A stretch of DNA of 57,811 nucleotides from Vulcanimicrobiaceae bacterium (GTDB lineage Bacteria > Vulcanimicrobiota > Vulcanimicrobiia > Vulcanimicrobiales > Vulcanimicrobiaceae), in NCBI GenBank assembly GCA_046262675.1, contig JBHEMH010000007.1, forward strand, positions 1-57,811. Direction: 5' to 3'. The position numbers and the translations under genes were made by a program. The notes beneath the pieces are model-generated. The model had not been told where the DNA came from. It saw only the letters and a program-made list of their open reading frames with translations, and ran no database searches. Each line of letters begins with the position of its first letter. Position 1 is the first letter of the stretch. Of the stretch, positions 17,787 to 26,539 are shown piece by piece.

Positions 17787-18209
17787 TCAACGCTCAGCGC
17801 AGTTCTCCCGCCACTCCGCCCCGCCGCTAGCGTAGTGTTCTTTCTTCCAAATGGGAACGCGCTTTTTAAGCTCGTCGATCGCATAGCGGCATGCATCGAA
17901 AGCTTGCGCGCGATGCGCCGTCGCGATTGCAACCGCAACGCTCGGTTCGCCAACCTTCAATTCGCCGATACGATGCTGCATGGCAATCTCACATGGACTA
18001 AACCGGGAAAGCACTTCTTGGGCGATCACCTTCATTTCGCCCACTGCCAACTCGTGATACGCTTCGTAACTCAGTCCGCTCACGGCGCGATCGTCATCCG
18101 AGCGCTGCCGGACGACGCCGACAAAGACGACCACAGCACCGTGCTCGTCCTTACGTACGCGCTCGTAGAGCCGGTGCATGTCAATCGGCCGCTCGACGAT
18201 CTCGATCAT
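17787..18209 (-). CDS. moaE: Molybdopterin synthase catalytic subunit MoaE
   Basis: 140 aa. MoaE core (...FVGVVR...LSYEAYHELA...AVAIATAHRAQAFDACRYAIDELKKRVPIWKKE). Confidence 0.85.
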   Translation of the reverse strand: MIEIVERPIDMHRLYERVRKDEHGAVVVFVGVVRQRSDDDRAVSGLSYEAYHELAVGEMKVIAQEVLSRFSPCEIAMQHRIGELKVGEPSVAVAIATAHRAQAFDACRYAIDELKKRVPIWKKEHYASGGAEWRENCAER

Positions 18210-18222
18210 TGGTGGCCTGCCA

Positions 18223-18501
18223 CTAGCCGCCGCTCACGGGCGGTAAAAGCGCCACTTCGTCGCCGTCCTGCAGCGCCGTGTCCGCGTCTACAATTTGTCC
18301 GTTGCGTGCGAAACGAATACTCGAAGAAAAATGGGTAAGACCGGGCATCTCAGCCACGAGACCGGCCCACACTTCGTTCACCGTTGCAAGCGCGCCAACG
18401 GTACGTTCAAGCTCGGAGGCGCCCGTAATTTCACGCACGCGCGCAAAAGCGAGCACTACAATGCGAATCTCAGTAACCGCCGAGGTCGGTTGAGTAGCCA
18501 T
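18223..18501 (-). CDS. moaD: Molybdopterin synthase sulfur-carrier subunit MoaD (beta-grasp, C-terminal Gly-Gly)
   Basis: Ends ...VALLPPVSGG. Start taken at ATG 18501 (MATQPTSAVTEIRIVVLAFARVREITG). The ORF extends to 18528. Confidence 0.75.
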   Translation of the reverse strand: MATQPTSAVTEIRIVVLAFARVREITGASELERTVGALATVNEVWAGLVAEMPGLTHFSSSIRFARNGQIVDADTALQDGDEVALLPPVSGG

Positions 18502-18725
18502 TTTGTTCCAGCCAGGCGCGCGAGTCATCGTGCAGCCCTAAGGTGTCGAGGCGGTTGCAGGTCAACTTGTGCAGCAAGACTTCCCAGAAATGCTGGTCTT
18601 TCTCGTAGATGTCGTCGGGCACTTCGTTTTGCTTGCGCGTAAATTCACGCAGCGCGGACCAGTCGCGCCGCGTGAGAATATCCCGCAGTTCGTTATCGTA
18701 CTGGGGCGAAGGCGTGCTCTGCATT
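18470..18725 (-). CDS. Small hypothetical protein (about 84 aa), acidic, predicted helical
   Basis: MQSTPSPQYDNELRDILTRRDWSALREFTRKQNEVPDDIYEKDQHFWEVLLHKL...STDLGGY. It is the in-frame tail of a longer ORF whose upstream part overlaps the HAD gene in another frame. Overlaps the moaD start by about 32 nt. Confidence 0.35.
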
Positions 18726-18737
18726 AGAGGACTGCCA

Positions 18738-19553
18738 CTAAGCGGGTTTCTTTTCCATGCGCCGGGGTTTGGAGAGGACAAATCGATCGATCGCCGCAGC
18801 CACGCCGTCTTCATCGTTCGTGCCCGTGACATAGCGTACCGACTCCCGTACTTCGGGAAGTGAGTTGCCCATCGCAACGCCGATCCCGGCCCAGCGAAGC
18901 ATCGGCAAATCGTTACGCGAATCGCCCACGGCCAGCACGCTCTTGGATTCGATTTGGAAATCCGCGCACAGGCGCGCAAGGGCGTGTTGTTTGCCTGCTT
19001 CGCGGCTGGTAACTGCGCACTCGATGAATTCATTCCACGTCTCGTATTTGAAATGCAACGGATAGTCCCCGAACTCGCGGCGCATCGCATCGACCGAAGC
19101 TTTTCCCAGGAAGCGGATGAAGGTCGGCGCCGTATGCAAGATCTCGCTGAAGCTCTTGACTTCTTTCCATGCGGGGCCGGTCATATCGGCCATATAGAGA
19201 TGGGTGCCGTGTAAGCGGTAAAACGTTTCTTCGCTATAGATCGCAAGATCGAGATTGTGATGTTCGGCATACTCGATCATGGGCTTCGCATACTGGAGCG
19301 GCACCGGAATGTGACCAAGCGTGCGGTTTGCGCCGAAGTCTTTCGTAAGTGCACCGTGGCAGCAAATGACAGGCAGATTGAGACCAAGCTCGCGCGAGAT
19401 ACGGATCGGCGTATCCACACCGCGGCCCGTCACGAGCACGATGCGTACGCCTAATTCGAGGGCATCCCGAATCGCCTTGCGGTTAGGAGATGAAATTTCT
19501 TCTTGTGAATTGAGCAGGGTGCCGTCGAGGTCGAGGGCGATAAGATCGATCAT
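18738..19553 (-). CDS. HAD-superfamily hydrolase, Cof-type (subfamily IIB)
   Basis: DLDGTLL motif I. ...GVAMGNS...EDGVA C-terminal Cof signature. Start at Met 19553 (MIDLIALDLDGTLL). Confidence 0.8.
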   Translation of the reverse strand: MIDLIALDLDGTLLNSQEEISSPNRKAIRDALELGVRIVLVTGRGVDTPIRISRELGLNLPVICCHGALTKDFGANRTLGHIPVPLQYAKPMIEYAEHHNLDLAIYSEETFYRLHGTHLYMADMTGPAWKEVKSFSEILHTAPTFIRFLGKASVDAMRREFGDYPLHFKYETWNEFIECAVTSREAGKQHALARLCADFQIESKSVLAVGDSRNDLPMLRWAGIGVAMGNSLPEVRESVRYVTGTNDEDGVAAAIDRFVLSKPRRMEKKPA

Positions 19554-20146
19554 ATACTCCGGGTCTTCTGAGCGCACATTCGCACCAGGACGATTGTATA
19601 CCCAGTGTCAATGCGCACGTGTTCCCAGAGCCATTCGTTGCCCGGGCCTTCAAGTAACGTTCGGAAATCGATGGGGGTATCCCAGTCGATCCACCGGCGC
19701 CCGGTCTCTATGAACCCGGCCTTCACATATGCCCTGATGGCGCGTTTATTCCAAGCCGCGACGTCAAGTGTAATGCGTTCGATCCCAAGTGTCTTATAGG
19801 CGAAATCGCGCGTGAGCCGCAACAGCCCGGTTCCCAGACCCTGCCCGATGAAGCCCGGGTCGAGGGAGATTCCGAGGTCGGCGGACCCCGATACCGGATC
19901 GTGGTCCCGCAGCAGAATATGAGCGATGAGCCGGCCCTCCACCAGGCCCGCCAGGGAGATGGTCGCCGGCTTTTCCGTCCAATAGCGCCAAAACGTCTCT
20001 TCCTGATCCCCGGAAAGAACCGGAACGTTGTACGGGACGAAAAGGGGGTCGGTGTGCCGTTGCCAGCTTTGCATCTGCCCGATGTCCGAGCGCTCCAGCG
20101 GACGGACTCCGAGAGCCGGACGTGCAACGTTGCTTATCCTATTCAC
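19550..20146 (-). CDS. GNAT family N-acetyltransferase
   Basis: Motif A region (IGQGLGTGLLRLTRDFAYKTLGIERITLDV...NKRAIRAYVKAGF). Start uncertain: ATG 20146 or the internal Met at 20074. Confidence 0.7.
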   Translation of the reverse strand: MNRISNVARPALGVRPLERSDIGQMQSWQRHTDPLFVPYNVPVLSGDQEETFWRYWTEKPATISLAGLVEGRLIAHILLRDHDPVSGSADLGISLDPGFIGQGLGTGLLRLTRDFAYKTLGIERITLDVAAWNKRAIRAYVKAGFIETGRRWIDWDTPIDFRTLLEGPGNEWLWEHVRIDTGYTIVLVRMCAQKTRSI

Positions 20147-20172
20147 GTTACTGTGATGTGAGGTTCTCCTCT

Positions 20173-20541
20173 ATGAAGCAAATCGCCCTCGCAGCATTTT
20201 TGGGTCTGCTCCTTGGCGCTCCGGCCGGAGCGCAGGACGGTCGCTGCACGCGCGAAGTTCTCGCGGTAAAGGGCACACCCGTTACCGTCGCCTACTGCGT
20301 GCTTCGCCCTGGGCGCGAGGCCACGCAGGTCTCGGAAAGCTTTAGCTCGCCCAAAGGGTCCTTCACGCAAACCTCGCCGCTGGCGTTTATCCCCGGCGAC
20401 GATCCCTCGCGCGTCATCGAAGATGTTTCGCTCTCGCAGCTGGGTCTCTCGGGAACGCTGCATCTCACGCTCGTGATGCACGCAGGCGCGGTTCATATCG
20501 AGGCAGCCATCCTTACCCCCGGCGCGATCACGATTAAGTAG
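20173..20541 (+). CDS. Small secreted hypothetical protein (signal peptide MKQIALAAFLGLLLGAPAGAQ)
   Basis: Start moved to the internal ATG 20173, which gives a clean signal peptide. No domain recognised. Confidence 0.5.
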   Translation: MKQIALAAFLGLLLGAPAGAQDGRCTREVLAVKGTPVTVAYCVLRPGREATQVSESFSSPKGSFTQTSPLAFIPGDDPSRVIEDVSLSQLGLSGTLHLTLVMHAGAVHIEAAILTPGAITIK

Positions 20542-20551
20542 GAGCATCGCA

Positions 20552-20576
20552 GCAAGTCCTGGGCTTGCAACTTTTT
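20552..20576 (+). terminator. Rho-independent terminator (GCAAGtcctggGCTTGCaacTTTTT)
   Basis: 5-6 bp GC stem followed by a T-run, 10 nt after the stop of the small secreted gene. Confidence 0.5.
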
Positions 20577-20672
20577 CCCCAATCAGGGTATTTTAGGGGC
20601 TGATGCGGCGCAAATACATTGCCTTTAACTCAGCCAAGCTCCCCGACATCTGTTGTAGAGGCTAGGAGCGTC

Positions 20673-22109
20673 ATGCCCTGTACGGCTTTCCAACCCGATC
20701 TCACGGCTCGCGAGCAAGCGCGGTACCTGTACGAGAATATCTCACCCGGACTCTTTCGAGTCGCAGAAGGTGAGGAGTCCAAGGTTCCGTGGCGCGTATC
20801 TCCCGAGCCGTTTGCATTAGCCCCTTCGACTCTCGAGCGTATTCTCACGATCGGTAACGATCTTTTCGCCTTCTACAAAGCCCTCAATACACTCTATAAT
20901 CGCAGCGCGCGCGGCACGGCCCCCGCATTCATTGCGGAATACTTAGATCAAGGTAAACCCGAACATATTATCCGGCTTTCGCGACAAAATCGTTTCAAAA
21001 GCGATTTGCCCGGAGTTATTCGTCCGGACTTAATCCTCACCGACGACGGGTTTATTTCATCCGAGCTTGACAGCGTGCCGGGCGGCATGGGCTTTGTGGG
21101 CGCAATGTCGGAAGCGTACTGCAAACTGGGGATGGAGAGCATCGGCGGCAGCTTTGGGATTCCGCAAGGCTATGCGGCGATGATGAAGTCTACGACCGGA
21201 AAAGAGCATCCGACCGTCGCGATCGTGGTATCCGAGGAATCGAGAGATTACCGCGCCGAGTTGTCATGGATGGCGGAGTACTTACGCGCGCAGCAACTGC
21301 TTAAGGCCTATGTGTGTGCGCCGCAGGATATCTACTTCACCGAAGAAGCACTGTTCTTGCGCTTTCCGGACGGGCGTGAAGAAAAACTCGACGCCGTCTA
21401 CCGCAATTTCGAGCTCTTCGATCTTCTCAACGTGCCCAAGCAAGATCTGCTCCTGTACGCAGCACGCCATGCGCGCGTCAAAATGACGCCCCCGCCGAAG
21501 GCACAACTTGAAGAAAAGCTGGCCTTTGCGCTCCTCCATCATCCCGCCCTTACTACACTTTGGAAGAGCGAGCTCGCACCGCAGGTGTACGCGCGGCTTA
21601 AGTTACTCTTTCCCGAAACGTGGGTGATCGACCCGCGTCCGATGCCACCGCAGGGTGTGATCGCAGGGCTCTCGATCGGCGAGGAACCCGTAAGCGATTG
21701 GATGCGGCTAGCGACGCTCGGCAAAAGTGAGCGCAACTTCGTAGTCAAACCGTCCGGCTTCTCGGAACTCGCTTGGGGTTCAAAGGGTGTCCGCGTTGCA
21801 AACGATCTCACCAAAGAAGAGTGGATTGCCACACTACACGAGGCACTGAACGAGTACTACAAAACGCCGCGCATTCTGCAACGCTTTTACAAAGGGAAAC
21901 GCGTACGTCAATCTTACCTGGACGTGGCCACCGACGATATTAAACACTTCGACGGCCGCGTGCGGCTTTGCCCATATTTCTTCGTCGTCGGCGACGGCGT
22001 GGAACTCGGCGGCATTCTAGCGACGGTAGCGCCCTCCGACAAACGGCTGATTCACGGAATGACCGATGCCGTTATGGCGTCATGCATTCTCAAAGAGGAC
22101 GGGAACTAG
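20673..22109 (+). CDS. GspS-like / circularly permuted ATP-grasp family amide ligase (substrate unknown)
   Basis: 478 aa from ATG 20673, with AGGAG 7 nt upstream. ...NFVVKPSGFSELAWGSKGVRVANDL... and C-terminal ...LCPYFFVVGDGVELGGILATVAPSDKRLIHGMTDAVMASCIL resemble glutathionylspermidine-synthase-type / CP-ATP-grasp motifs (compare E. coli YgiC VVKP...GIGIRED). Assigned from memory and unverified. Confidence 0.55.
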   Translation: MPCTAFQPDLTAREQARYLYENISPGLFRVAEGEESKVPWRVSPEPFALAPSTLERILTIGNDLFAFYKALNTLYNRSARGTAPAFIAEYLDQGKPEHIIRLSRQNRFKSDLPGVIRPDLILTDDGFISSELDSVPGGMGFVGAMSEAYCKLGMESIGGSFGIPQGYAAMMKSTTGKEHPTVAIVVSEESRDYRAELSWMAEYLRAQQLLKAYVCAPQDIYFTEEALFLRFPDGREEKLDAVYRNFELFDLLNVPKQDLLLYAARHARVKMTPPPKAQLEEKLAFALLHHPALTTLWKSELAPQVYARLKLLFPETWVIDPRPMPPQGVIAGLSIGEEPVSDWMRLATLGKSERNFVVKPSGFSELAWGSKGVRVANDLTKEEWIATLHEALNEYYKTPRILQRFYKGKRVRQSYLDVATDDIKHFDGRVRLCPYFFVVGDGVELGGILATVAPSDKRLIHGMTDAVMASCILKEDGN

Positions 22110-22268
22110 GGTCGCAGCGCAGAGGTTTATTGCAAAAGATCGTGATGCATTTTTCGCCGATTCTAGGCGCGAGGAGGGCGCAACGCCGTAGCGTTGTAAC
22201 CGAGGAGCAACGAAGAAGCGGCGTAAAAGGCGCGCGATATTTTGTAATGGAACCTCTGCGCTGCGGCC
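22110..22268. repeat. 159-bp intergenic element bounded by 18-bp near-perfect inverted repeats (MITE-like or long stem-loop)
   Basis: Left arm GGTCGCAGCGCAGAGGTT (22110-22127). Right arm AACCTCTGCGCTGCGGCC (22251-22268), the reverse complement with 1 mismatch. Arms abut the stop codons of the two convergent genes. Internal perfect palindrome CAACGCcgtaGCGTTG at about 22175-22190. Confidence 0.55.
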
Positions 22269-22269
22269 C

Positions 22270-22941
22270 TCAAGCTTTACGCTTGACGATCAGATCCTGA
22301 CCGGGAATGATGATCTCATCGACGACGAAGGTTTGGGGATCGTACCATTCGACAAATGGTGAGGTCCCGGCAAATGAAATACTCACGTCAGCAGCCGGCA
22401 CATTCGGTGGACGAGCAATCTTATTATCAGGAATCACCTCGATGAATGACGACTCGCCGGTCCCCGGTACGAGAACGGTCGCATCAGCATTTCCCAGGGC
22501 GTGCATCTGCGCCGGCAGCATCACGAAGCCCGCGACCATCGCGGCATCGAGAACGATAAAGCCCTTACTCGTTCCCCCGAGCAGCGCGGTCTTGACATCC
22601 TTGCCCGCCGTCACGGTGGCGGAGCGATCCGCAAGCGTAACATTTGCGTCCATCGTCTGCTCGGCCATTTCGTAGTGGCCGTGGTAACCTTCGAGCAATA
22701 GCTTCTCATCCAAGAGCATCGAGGTTTGCGCACGCGAATCTCCCGCGCTCAAGCTCACGCTCGAGCGTTCGTCAATTTTGATGCCGGCCGCCGTGCGCAC
22801 GATGGTGATGGTATTGTTACCAACCTCTTTGTTCTTCAAATAGGCGCTATAATGGTACGTGCCGGGTCCGGGTGCAGCGAGGCCTGCCACAGCGGAATGA
22901 GGCGCGGCGTCTAAGGCCGCGATCAGAATTAGGGCTAACAT
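22270..22941 (-). CDS. Hypothetical secreted/periplasmic protein
   Basis: 223 aa with N-terminal signal-like segment (MLALILIAALDAAPHSAVAG). No recognisable domain. Confidence 0.5.
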   Translation of the reverse strand: MLALILIAALDAAPHSAVAGLAAPGPGTYHYSAYLKNKEVGNNTITIVRTAAGIKIDERSSVSLSAGDSRAQTSMLLDEKLLLEGYHGHYEMAEQTMDANVTLADRSATVTAGKDVKTALLGGTSKGFIVLDAAMVAGFVMLPAQMHALGNADATVLVPGTGESSFIEVIPDNKIARPPNVPAADVSISFAGTSPFVEWYDPQTFVVDEIIIPGQDLIVKRKA

Positions 22942-22953
22942 AGTCTGGCCTTT

Positions 22954-24129
22954 CTACGCCGAAGTAAGGGTCGGGACCGCTTGCGAAGTCACTTCGAGCA
23001 AGTGGTCGATCTCCTCGACGGTATTATAACCATGGGGAGCAACGCGGATGCCGTTAGAACGGTACGTGGTGACGATCCGTTCCTGCTGCAAGATCTTCCC
23101 GAGCGCAACCGGGTCGCACCCTGGAATCGAAAACGTCACGATGCCCGAAGAGACACCGCCGCCGCGCTGCGTGGCAATACGCGCGCGCAGACTGCTAAGC
23201 CCTTCAAAGAGCCGGTCAGTTAAACCGATGATGTGCGTTTCGATGGCAGAGCCGGGCCGTTCTAAAACGTCGATCGACTCCGTGAGCGAGAGCCCGCCGA
23301 TTATGTTCGGTGTGCCGCCTTCGAACCGCGCGGCATCGGCAGTCACGGGCTGGTCGTAGTTGAGAAAATCCCACATGTCGGCCGCGGAGCGCCAGCCGGG
23401 AGCAGCTAAGCGGAGCCGTTCACCAAGTGTACGGCGCACGTACAAAAAGCTCACACCTTGCAAAGACATCAACCATTTGGCGCCGCCGCCATACGCTGCA
23501 TCGATGTTGCAGGCGTCCACGTCGAGTGCAAACGCACCGAGTCCCTGAATGACGTCCACGCAGAAAATCGCCCCGGCTTTATGCGCGACCTGAGCAAGGC
23601 CGGCCAGATCGTGCCGGTAGCCGTCATCAAAGCCAACCCAAGAGACGGCGACGACGCGCGTGCGCGACGAAATGTGTTTGCGCAGGACATCCGGGGTCAT
23701 GCGTTCGCGCTTCGTATCGACGAACGTGACCGTCGCACCAAAATGTTTGCATGCGAGCCACGGATAGGCGTTGGAGGGAAATTCGTTGTCGTTCGTGATG
23801 ATTTCGTCGCCAGATTTCCAATCGATGCCCGCAGCGATGACGTTCGCGCCGTCGCCCGTATTGCGCAGCAAGGCTATCTCGCCGGCTTGGGCATTGATAT
23901 ATTTTCCAACGGCCGCGCGGTACGCCGGCAACTGCGCTTCGTACTTGTAGACGCCCATGACGCCGCCCGATGCATGACCGGTCACGAACGAGGTTAGCGC
24001 GTCGCGCGTACGCAAGGGCAGAACGCCAACGGCCGCGTGGTTGAGGTAGTTGAAGTTCCGGGTTACATCAAACTGCGCACGGTCCAGGGGCGGATTCAAG
24101 ACAGCCCGACCATCGCTTTTGTGTGCCAC
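22954..24129 (-). CDS. Aminotransferase class V-fold PLP-dependent enzyme (cysteine desulfurase / isopenicillin-N epimerase-like)
   Basis: 391 aa. Fold-type I AT-V pattern (...VSWVGFDDGYRHDLAGL...FCVDVIQGLG...GGAKWLMSLQGVSFLYV). Confidence 0.75.
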   Translation of the reverse strand: MAHKSDGRAVLNPPLDRAQFDVTRNFNYLNHAAVGVLPLRTRDALTSFVTGHASGGVMGVYKYEAQLPAYRAAVGKYINAQAGEIALLRNTGDGANVIAAGIDWKSGDEIITNDNEFPSNAYPWLACKHFGATVTFVDTKRERMTPDVLRKHISSRTRVVAVSWVGFDDGYRHDLAGLAQVAHKAGAIFCVDVIQGLGAFALDVDACNIDAAYGGGAKWLMSLQGVSFLYVRRTLGERLRLAAPGWRSAADMWDFLNYDQPVTADAARFEGGTPNIIGGLSLTESIDVLERPGSAIETHIIGLTDRLFEGLSSLRARIATQRGGGVSSGIVTFSIPGCDPVALGKILQQERIVTTYRSNGIRVAPHGYNTVEEIDHLLEVTSQAVPTLTSA

Positions 24130-24731
24130 GCAATATTTTGCGCGCGATCGCCGACGCGTTCGAGTGCGGCGAGCACGAAGAGCATGCGCGTTCCCGCGCG
24201 CACGAGCGCCGGATCGGCTTGCATCTCTTCTTGCAACGATTTGATGCCACGCTTGTAGAGTTTATCGACCTCATCATCGCTCTCGATCACGAGATCGGAA
24301 AGCTCAGGGTCTTGATCCATATAGGAGCGCATGGCTTCGAGCAACATTGTATGCGCTTTGTCGGCGATACGGTCGATTTCAACGCGCGCCGGCCGCAGCG
24401 GCACGTCCGCAAGTTTAATCGCATTCTTCGCAATCTCAACCGCGTAGTCGCCGATGCGCTCCAAGTCGGTAGCAATTTCAAGCATCGCGGCAATTGCACG
24501 CAGCTCGCCTGCGACGGGCTGTTGCTTCCAAATGAGTTCGATGCAAGAGGATTCGATTTTGCGGCGCAGATCATCAACCAAGTCGTCGCCGGCAACCACG
24601 CGCGCGCCGGCAGATGCATCGCGCGCTTCGAGCGCTTCGACACTAATACGAATTGCGTCACCCGCGAGCGCGCCAAGCCGGACTACATCCAGCCGTGTCG
24701 CCTCAAGCGCTTCATGATAAGCGGTGCGCAC
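24096..24731 (-). CDS. phoU: PhoU-family phosphate signalling/regulatory protein
   Basis: 211 aa. Two PhoU repeats (...ATDLERIGDYAVEIAK... and ...LAALERVGDRAQNIAW...). No pst genes in the window. Confidence 0.8.
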   Translation of the reverse strand: MRTAYHEALEATRLDVVRLGALAGDAIRISVEALEARDASAGARVVAGDDLVDDLRRKIESSCIELIWKQQPVAGELRAIAAMLEIATDLERIGDYAVEIAKNAIKLADVPLRPARVEIDRIADKAHTMLLEAMRSYMDQDPELSDLVIESDDEVDKLYKRGIKSLQEEMQADPALVRAGTRMLFVLAALERVGDRAQNIAWHTKAMVGLS

Positions 24732-24865
24732 CTATTGCTCTCCTCTCTACTTCTTTCCCAGCAATTAGAAAAGGGAGCGGCAAGCGCCTCCCATAATGCG
24801 TCCCACCGCCTCTACCGGGTGGAGAGCTTCTTACCTTTCCTTCTGCAGAGAGTCCTGGGAGATAT

Positions 24866-25723
24866 TTGGTGTCTGATATTCGTAAGGTTGGCGTGTGTGG
24901 CGCCGGATTGATGGGAAACGGGATCGCGCAGACATGTGCCGCTGCCGGTTTCGACGTCGTGCTGATGGAAGTGGCGCCAGAGCCGCTGCAAAAGGGACTT
25001 TCGTCGGTTACCAAGTCGCTCGACAAATTTGTCGAGAAGCAAAAACTCTCACAAGCCGAGCGCGACGCGACACTCGGGCGCATCAAAGGGACGACCGACG
25101 TTAAGGACCTTAAGGACTGCGATCTTGTTATCGAAGCCATTATCGAAAACATGGACGCAAAGCTTAAACTCTTTAAGACGCTCGATGATCTACTCGGACC
25201 GCAAGGCATCATCTGCTCAAACACCTCGAGCCTGTGCGTCATCGAAATGGCTGCCGGCACGAAGCGCGCCGATCGCGTCGCGGGCCTACACTTTTTCAAT
25301 CCGGTTCCCATCATGAAGCTGGTCGAAGTCGTCAAGACGATCGCCACTTCCGGGGAAACGGTCGATAAACTCTATGCCTTCGCGAAGAAGCTGGGCAAGG
25401 AGCCCGTGCTCGCGCAAGATACTCCGGGGTTCATCGTCAACCGCTTGCTCATCCCTTACCTTCTCTACGCAATCCGCGTTTTCGAGGGCGGCCTCGCTTC
25501 GCGCGAAGATATCGATAAGGGCATGAAACTGGGATGCGGTTATCCGATGGGGCCGCTTGAATTGCTCGATTTTGTCGGATTGGACACAACGTACTACATT
25601 GCAGAAATTATGTTCGATGAATTCAAAGATCCGATGATGGCACCGCCGACGCTGCTCAAGCGCATGGTGCTCGCCGGCCAGTACGGCCGCAAATCTGGAA
25701 AGGGGTTCTATGAGTATAACTGA
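24866..25723 (+). CDS. hbd: 3-hydroxyacyl-CoA / 3-hydroxybutyryl-CoA dehydrogenase
   Basis: 285 aa, TTG start. NAD-binding VGVCGAGLMGNGIAQ and C-terminal 3HCDH domain. Confidence 0.85.
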   Translation: MVSDIRKVGVCGAGLMGNGIAQTCAAAGFDVVLMEVAPEPLQKGLSSVTKSLDKFVEKQKLSQAERDATLGRIKGTTDVKDLKDCDLVIEAIIENMDAKLKLFKTLDDLLGPQGIICSNTSSLCVIEMAAGTKRADRVAGLHFFNPVPIMKLVEVVKTIATSGETVDKLYAFAKKLGKEPVLAQDTPGFIVNRLLIPYLLYAIRVFEGGLASREDIDKGMKLGCGYPMGPLELLDFVGLDTTYYIAEIMFDEFKDPMMAPPTLLKRMVLAGQYGRKSGKGFYEYN

Positions 25724-26498
25724 CGCGACCTACGAGTCGATCTTGGTTGAGAAACGCGAAGGTGTAGCAACCATTACGCTCAACCGGCCGAAAGTCCTAA
25801 ACGCGCTCAACGCCGCCTTACTAAATGAGGTCTCGCAAGCGCTCTCCGAATTCGAGAGCGACAACGAGGTGCGCGCAATTATCATCACGGGTTCCGGCGA
25901 GAAGGCCTTTGCCGCAGGTGCTGACATTGGCGAACTCAACGCGCTACCGAACGCAGTCGAAGGGGCACGCAAGGCGCGCGCTGGCCAACAGGTCACACTT
26001 CAGATTGAACATCTGAGCAAACCCGTAATTATGGCGATCAACGGCTTTGCGCTCGGCGGTGGTTGCGAGCTCGCGATGGCGGGCGACATTCGCATCGCAA
26101 GCGAGAACGCAAAATTCGGCCAACCGGAAGTCAATCTCGGCCTCATTCCGGGCTACGGCGGGTCACAACTCGTGGGCCGTGGCATGGCCATGTTTCTGTG
26201 CCTGAGCGGCGACATCATCGACGCGCAGCTTGCTCTGCAAATCGGCCTGGTGGAACGCGTGGTCCCACTGGAAGAACTGCTTCCTGCCGCCCAAAAACTC
26301 GCGAAAACGATCGCTTCGAAAGCTCCTCTGGCCATTGCCGCATGTAAGCGCGCAATTAACGACGGAGCGCATCTTGGCATCGCTGAAGCATTGGAGCTTG
26401 AGGCGCTGGCCTTTGGCACCCTGGTAAACACGCAAGACTTTAAGGAAGGCACATCCGCCTTTCTCGAAAAGCGCAAAGCCGAATGGAAGTCGCAATAG
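25710..26498 (+). CDS. Enoyl-CoA hydratase (crotonase family)
   Basis: 262 aa. ...AINGFALGGGCELAMAGDIRIASENAKFGQPEVNLGLIPG crotonase signature. Confidence 0.85.
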   Translation: MSITDATYESILVEKREGVATITLNRPKVLNALNAALLNEVSQALSEFESDNEVRAIIITGSGEKAFAAGADIGELNALPNAVEGARKARAGQQVTLQIEHLSKPVIMAINGFALGGGCELAMAGDIRIASENAKFGQPEVNLGLIPGYGGSQLVGRGMAMFLCLSGDIIDAQLALQIGLVERVVPLEELLPAAQKLAKTIASKAPLAIAACKRAINDGAHLGIAEALELEALAFGTLVNTQDFKEGTSAFLEKRKAEWKSQ

Positions 26499-26539
26499 CT
26501 GGGAGCCGTCACAAATGGGAGGCAGCCTCATTACCATAG

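Noticed and set aside
17750-17953. Upstream extension of the alpha/beta hydrolase ORF (Met at 17953)
   Set aside because: Would overlap moaE by 167 nt. An in-frame GTG 37 nt after the moaE stop gives a sensible N-terminus.
24123-24911. 262-aa plus ORF antisense to phoU
   Set aside because: No motifs. Antisense to a gene with two clear PhoU repeats.
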